Below, one piece after another: positions 59,932-64,000 of a stretch of DNA of 64,000 nt. A model generated the notes under the pieces. It had not been told where the DNA came from. It saw nothing but the letters and a program-made list of their open reading frames with translations, and did not search any database. The first letter of the stretch is position 1. The number at the start of each line of letters is the position of its first letter. The translations under genes were made by a program, and so were the position numbers. The stretch is from contig JBHLPH010000004.1 of NCBI GenBank assembly GCA_048939625.1, positions 32,001 to 96,000 of the forward strand, given 5' to 3'. This stretch comes from Promethearchaeota archaeon (GTDB lineage: Archaea; Asgardarchaeota; Hermodarchaeia; Hermodarchaeales; Hermodarchaeaceae).

Positions 59932-60432
59932 ATGGAAAGCCCTTTTCTAACGAATTGGTTTGTCTGGGAAAAGAGAGTTGGAGTTGATGGCTGTATGAAT
60001 CCGTTACATGTGTTTCCTTTCAAGTATATGCAGATTATTGTCGCTTTGCTAGCTGAGGGTGAGGTAGACCTTTCGGAGATTCGGTCCTCCACTGGCATGT
60101 GTAGCTTTGATTCCACAGAAGTATCGGATATGCTAGCGTACTTGACAGGATTTGGTCGAGTTGAAGCCCAAGATGATGGTTGGGTTATACATAAAACGGA
60201 AACAAAAGCGGTCTATGAGCGATTTCGCAAGGCATTCCTCGATGATGCTGTGGCGATCCTCACGAATTTATCAACCAAGGCCAAACCGATTGAACAGTTA
60301 CAACAGAAAACTGGTCTTAGTGCAGAGAAAATAAATCTGTATTTGCCGTTCCTTGCAGACATCACTCGATTGGGTGTTATTGGACGGTGTTCAACCGAGC
60401 ACCCAACCATTTGGTGTGTCCAGTCAGAGTAG
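59932..60432 (+). CDS. Hypothetical protein, possibly tandem wHTH (likely start near 59995)
   Basis: Two similar helical repeats 'LSEIRSSTG' / 'IEQLQQKTGL'. Confidence 0.55.
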   Translation: MESPFLTNWFVWEKRVGVDGCMNPLHVFPFKYMQIIVALLAEGEVDLSEIRSSTGMCSFDSTEVSDMLAYLTGFGRVEAQDDGWVIHKTETKAVYERFRKAFLDDAVAILTNLSTKAKPIEQLQQKTGLSAEKINLYLPFLADITRLGVIGRCSTEHPTIWCVQSE

Positions 60433-61146
60433 TTGATTGAGTTGGGGTAGAAGTTCACCAGCTTTACCAGCGAGATGCACATCAACGAGAGGAGTCAAAG
60501 GTGTATCTTCGACGTTTATCTCCAAAATTTTTCCATTGTGCCGTTTGACGATAAGAGGAAAGGAGGCAGCAGGTTGAATCAGAGCAGAAGTACCAATGAC
60601 GAAAATCGTGTCTGCTTTGTTCAATTCAACGATTACCTGATCCATGACTCTTTGTGGAAGTGATTCGCCAAACCAGACAACATTGGGACGAAGATTAGCT
60701 GAACAATCGGGACAGGTAGGAACACCAGAGGCGGGTGTTGTGAGGCGGGACTGGTAGGAGCATTGTGTACATTTGACAGCCCATAGGTTTCCATGGACTT
60801 CGAGGACGTTTGTTGAACCAGCGTGGCGATGGAGCCCGTCGACATTTTGTGTAATCAAAGCTTTGAGTAAGCCCGTTTTTTCCCAGGCCGCTAGCGTTTC
60901 ATGGGCAGGGTTAGGTGTGCACTGAGCGATAAGGTTCTGACGCCAACTATACCAATCCCAGACGAGTTGAGGATTCTGTTTGAAAGCGTTTGACGTGGCA
61001 AGCTCCATAGCATTATATTGTTTCCAGAGCCCATCTTTTCCGCGGAAGGTGGGAACGTTCGATTCTTTGGAGATCCCAGCCCCTGTGAGAGCCACCATGT
61101 AGTGTGTGCTTCTAATGATGTCTACAGCCTGATTAGTTGGGTTCAT
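60424..61146 (-). CDS. cobB: Sir2-family NAD-dependent deacylase
   Basis: TGAGISKES.VPTFRG, TQNVDGLH, HG, Zn ribbon, RPNVVWFGE, GTS. Confidence 0.95.
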   Translation of the reverse strand: MNPTNQAVDIIRSTHYMVALTGAGISKESNVPTFRGKDGLWKQYNAMELATSNAFKQNPQLVWDWYSWRQNLIAQCTPNPAHETLAAWEKTGLLKALITQNVDGLHRHAGSTNVLEVHGNLWAVKCTQCSYQSRLTTPASGVPTCPDCSANLRPNVVWFGESLPQRVMDQVIVELNKADTIFVIGTSALIQPAASFPLIVKRHNGKILEINVEDTPLTPLVDVHLAGKAGELLPQLNQLL

Positions 61147-61276
61147 GGAAGGTTTTGCCCCGTTGAGTGATAATTGAATAAAAACGTGCTATTTAGCTTA
61201 TACGTCCTTGAATGGATGATAAGAGGACAGCTTTTATAGGAGAACGGCGGGAAGGCGGCAAGAGAGCTGATTCGCT

Positions 61277-61822
61277 ATGACTGAAGTTAGGTTACCATCT
61301 TGGCTTCGTTGGTTGAACTTCTTTATGGGTATCATTGCCTTCATTGTTGGTGTCTCAGTGATCTTCTATCCTGATGTGTGGGTCGCCTGGGGCATTGTCA
61401 TCTTAGGAATGATCTATCTTTTGAAAGTGATCATTCGAATGTATGGTGGAGTCACTTATGCCCAGTTCCCGTTGTGGCAACAGGCATTAAGCATCATCAT
61501 CGGACTCGCCCTGATCTTCCTTGGTCTTCCAGTAATTCTAGTTCCCGGATTTGGTGATGCCTGGCTAAGCATCCTCATCTTAGCTGCCCTTCTATTGGTT
61601 GGCGTTGACCAAATCATGAATGGTCTATTTGTGAAGACGAATACTTCGACCCGTCGAATCATTCACATCATCTTCGGTTTCATCTTGATTATCCTGGGCA
61701 TAGTAAACTTCCTGTACTTTGGCTTGGGAATCTGGATAACACTTTATATCATTGCCTTTGCTCTAGTAATCATTGGACTCGATTCTCTGATCCAAGGACT
61801 CACTGGATACCGTTCCATATAA
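61277..61822 (+). CDS. HdeD/DUF308-like membrane protein
   Basis: Six TM helices in repeated pairs. Confidence 0.7.
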   Translation: MTEVRLPSWLRWLNFFMGIIAFIVGVSVIFYPDVWVAWGIVILGMIYLLKVIIRMYGGVTYAQFPLWQQALSIIIGLALIFLGLPVILVPGFGDAWLSILILAALLLVGVDQIMNGLFVKTNTSTRRIIHIIFGFILIILGIVNFLYFGLGIWITLYIIAFALVIIGLDSLIQGLTGYRSI

Positions 61823-61938
61823 CAGCTAAAGATGCAAGAGATGCATGAAAATTCTCAGCCACGCCGATTGGAGTGGCTGAAGTTCTATCTTTCATTTAAC
61901 CCTGAATTAGAGGTACGTGCGTAATTCGTCATTCGGAT

Positions 61939-62154
61939 ATGGAATACTCGCTATGGTTTTTCATCCTCATCACTACAACCGTCATTATACATCTTTATCG
62001 GGCCGTTGAATTCTTTTTTCCGATTTTGACTAAGTTCCTCTTCAATGATGCATTATTTCTGATGAATAGTCTCAAATTAGAATTTACTCTTCTTGCCCTT
62101 TTTATTGGTCTCTATCTCTTCTTCCAATCAAAGATAAAGATCGATTCATTGTAG
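61939..62154 (+). CDS. Small hydrophobic ORF (uncertain)
   Basis: Two hydrophobic stretches only. Confidence 0.3.
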   Translation: MEYSLWFFILITTTVIIHLYRAVEFFFPILTKFLFNDALFLMNSLKLEFTLLALFIGLYLFFQSKIKIDSL

Positions 62155-63744
62155 ACGTCTACGGCGAATGTAGATGTACAGGAGTAATGCAGCCAAGATT
62201 AGGGATCCAAGGAGGAGGACCATAGGAGCTAGCCAGGGATTGAAGAGTGTTGGCGGGACGAGTGATATCGTTACCGTGATGATATTACTCCAAGGCCCAA
62301 GTAGGTTTAAGTTATCACGTGCACGAACGCGAAAATAATAGGTCCCCAAAGGATGATTAGAGAGGAGTTGACTTGTGGCGTTTACATTCCATGTTCGGTC
62401 AGGGATATCAAAGAGGGGGGTTATATCCATTTGGAGCTCATACCCATCGATTGTTGCATCTCCATCAAAGGCTTGGGTCCATGAAAGAATAAGAGTGCCA
62501 TAGGGATTCAGGATTGTTGGAGGAAGCAATTCTACTGGTCCTGGACTCGTTTCCCCATCAAACCCGAACTTGACGAGGAAACCAGTAGTTGTGTCATCAA
62601 GCCAACCACTGGTTGTTCCGGCGAAATAATGAGTGTTGACACCGGTGGTAAACCCGAAGGGTTGACAGGGACCAGCACCACCCCATGATCGTTCCCAATT
62701 GAACTCACCTGTGGTATTGAAATTGAGAAGATTCGCCCGATATCCTGCTACAGGATCTTCATAATGAGCTCCAACAAACACTGTATCTTCTGTCGCAAAA
62801 ATACCAAGCCCTTCATGATTTGATCCGGTATTTTTAATCGTCTCCCAAAGCAGAGTTTTGGTGCTGTTGTATTTGAGTAGGAAAAGTGCACCTGTTGTTG
62901 TAGTGCTAAAAGACTGGGTAGAACCGGTCACATAGACACTTTCGTTACATACATTTACTGCGCGTGCAAGATCCTTCTGTCCGCCACCCCATGTTGTATT
63001 CCATACTTGAATACCGGTGAATGAGTATTTTGCGAGGAAGGCATTATTGCTGAGTCCATCCCAAAGCCCACCATAATCACCTACTAGATACACCCCATCT
63101 GTCCCCACTGCAATACCGAAACCCCGATCAACATTGGTTAAATCCCATGCTTCGGACCAGAGTTCTGTTCCGTCAAAATTAAATTTAGCGATGAGGGCAT
63201 CAGCATCATCAGAACTTGATCGCTGCAGAATTCCAGCGACATAGACTCCATCCACACCAATTGCAACACTAGTAAACCATTCCGCAGGGAAATTTCCAAA
63301 GGAAACGTTCCAAATTTCGTTCCCCTCAAAATCGAGTTTGACGAGGAGTCCATTTATTCCATGAGTTCCATTTGTGGTTTTTCCAGCCAAATATAGGGCA
63401 TCGTTTGAGGTTGCTAAGGCATAGGCAGCTTCATCAACTGGTGTATTCCAAGTTTGATTCCAAAGTTGTTCTCCTTCTGTCGAGTATTTTACTAGAAGAA
63501 TATTTTCGTTGATGTCATCAACGAAAATTTGGCTAGTGCCAGCGACAAAGACTGCACCGGTTGTGAAAGCTGTCGCAGCAAAGCCATCATTTTGGGGGCG
63601 CATCCAAAGTACACCCCACGGATCACCAAGTGCTAATGTGTCTGCTTCTAAGAGGATTGGCTGCTGTGCTGAGAAGATTGTTGAAGCTAATAAACCAGTT
63701 AGAAGAAGTGAAAGGATAATGAACGCTTTTCGGTGGAGTTTCAT
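62146..63744 (-). CDS. Secreted beta-propeller repeat plus FN3 protein with C-terminal TM anchor
   Basis: Repeated 'LVKY..G..WN.TW', 'VYVAG'; FN3-like 'YYFRVRARD..GPWS'; C-terminal TM and RRRR. Confidence 0.8.
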   Translation of the reverse strand: MKLHRKAFIILSLLLTGLLASTIFSAQQPILLEADTLALGDPWGVLWMRPQNDGFAATAFTTGAVFVAGTSQIFVDDINENILLVKYSTEGEQLWNQTWNTPVDEAAYALATSNDALYLAGKTTNGTHGINGLLVKLDFEGNEIWNVSFGNFPAEWFTSVAIGVDGVYVAGILQRSSSDDADALIAKFNFDGTELWSEAWDLTNVDRGFGIAVGTDGVYLVGDYGGLWDGLSNNAFLAKYSFTGIQVWNTTWGGGQKDLARAVNVCNESVYVTGSTQSFSTTTTGALFLLKYNSTKTLLWETIKNTGSNHEGLGIFATEDTVFVGAHYEDPVAGYRANLLNFNTTGEFNWERSWGGAGPCQPFGFTTGVNTHYFAGTTSGWLDDTTTGFLVKFGFDGETSPGPVELLPPTILNPYGTLILSWTQAFDGDATIDGYELQMDITPLFDIPDRTWNVNATSQLLSNHPLGTYYFRVRARDNLNLLGPWSNIITVTISLVPPTLFNPWLAPMVLLLGSLILAALLLYIYIRRRRLQ

Positions 63745-63824
63745 GGTTCATTGGACCTCTTTTGTCGATGTTTTATCCGGTGATTCAAGTATTTGAGGCT
63801 TCGTTTCAGGGCAGAGCATTGGGG

Positions 63825-64000
63825 CTAGAGGCTTTTAAGGGCTTGGCGGATTTTCTCAGCTTGTTGTTGCAGCTTGTCATCAGGTGGTGTCTTTCCATAA
63901 TGGGGGCCGACCTGAATCCGTAATCCGTCCCCTTTGAATCGTGGAATTACGTGGATATGAATGTGAGGGACTTCTTGAAATGCAGCTTTTCCATCTGCTA
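63825..64000 (-). CDS. C-terminal part of a HIT family protein (5' outside window)
   Basis: Manual translation ADGKAAFQEVPHIHIHVIPRFKGDG...ALKSL*. Confidence 0.85.
   Translation of the reverse strand, partial: ADGKAAFQEVPHIHIHVIPRFKGDGLRIQVGPHYGKTPPDDKLQQQAEKIRQALKSL

Overview
Archaeal chromosomal window. GGTGA/GGAGG ribosome-binding sites, DUF35-thiolase, RAD55/KaiC-like, longin-like and Rdh-like proteins suggest an Asgard lineage (inference, not verified). About 1-45 kb is anaerobic acyl-CoA metabolism: 2-oxoacid:ferredoxin oxidoreductase, beta-oxidation, two B12 acyl-CoA mutase large subunits (one MCM-type, one ICM-type) with CobO, MeaB and epimerase, a transcarboxylase-like set, ETF, acyl-CoA dehydrogenase, an oxidative-stress cluster and a reductive-dehalogenase-like protein. 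About 45.2-59.9 kb is an accessory region with four paralogous tandem Lrp/AsnC-type regulators, a subtilase and a gingipain-like (C25) protease. The best candidate for an undescribed system lies in its intergenic DNA: three paralogous minus-strand units largely missed by the ORF track. Each has 52-bp-phased TTGCAC-N6-GTGCAA-like operators, an identical GCTCCCATCGA promoter box, a 40-47 aa basic peptide (A-x-M-x-x-[AT]-E-R-x3-G-x2/3-N-P...P-R) and a GC-rich structured 3' RNA closed by a conserved CGG...CCCGGYTT stem. Separately, each protease is preceded by a similar small membrane peptide with an apparent non-canonical start. No tRNA, rRNA, CRISPR array or transposase was recognised. All calls are by eye; no searches were run.
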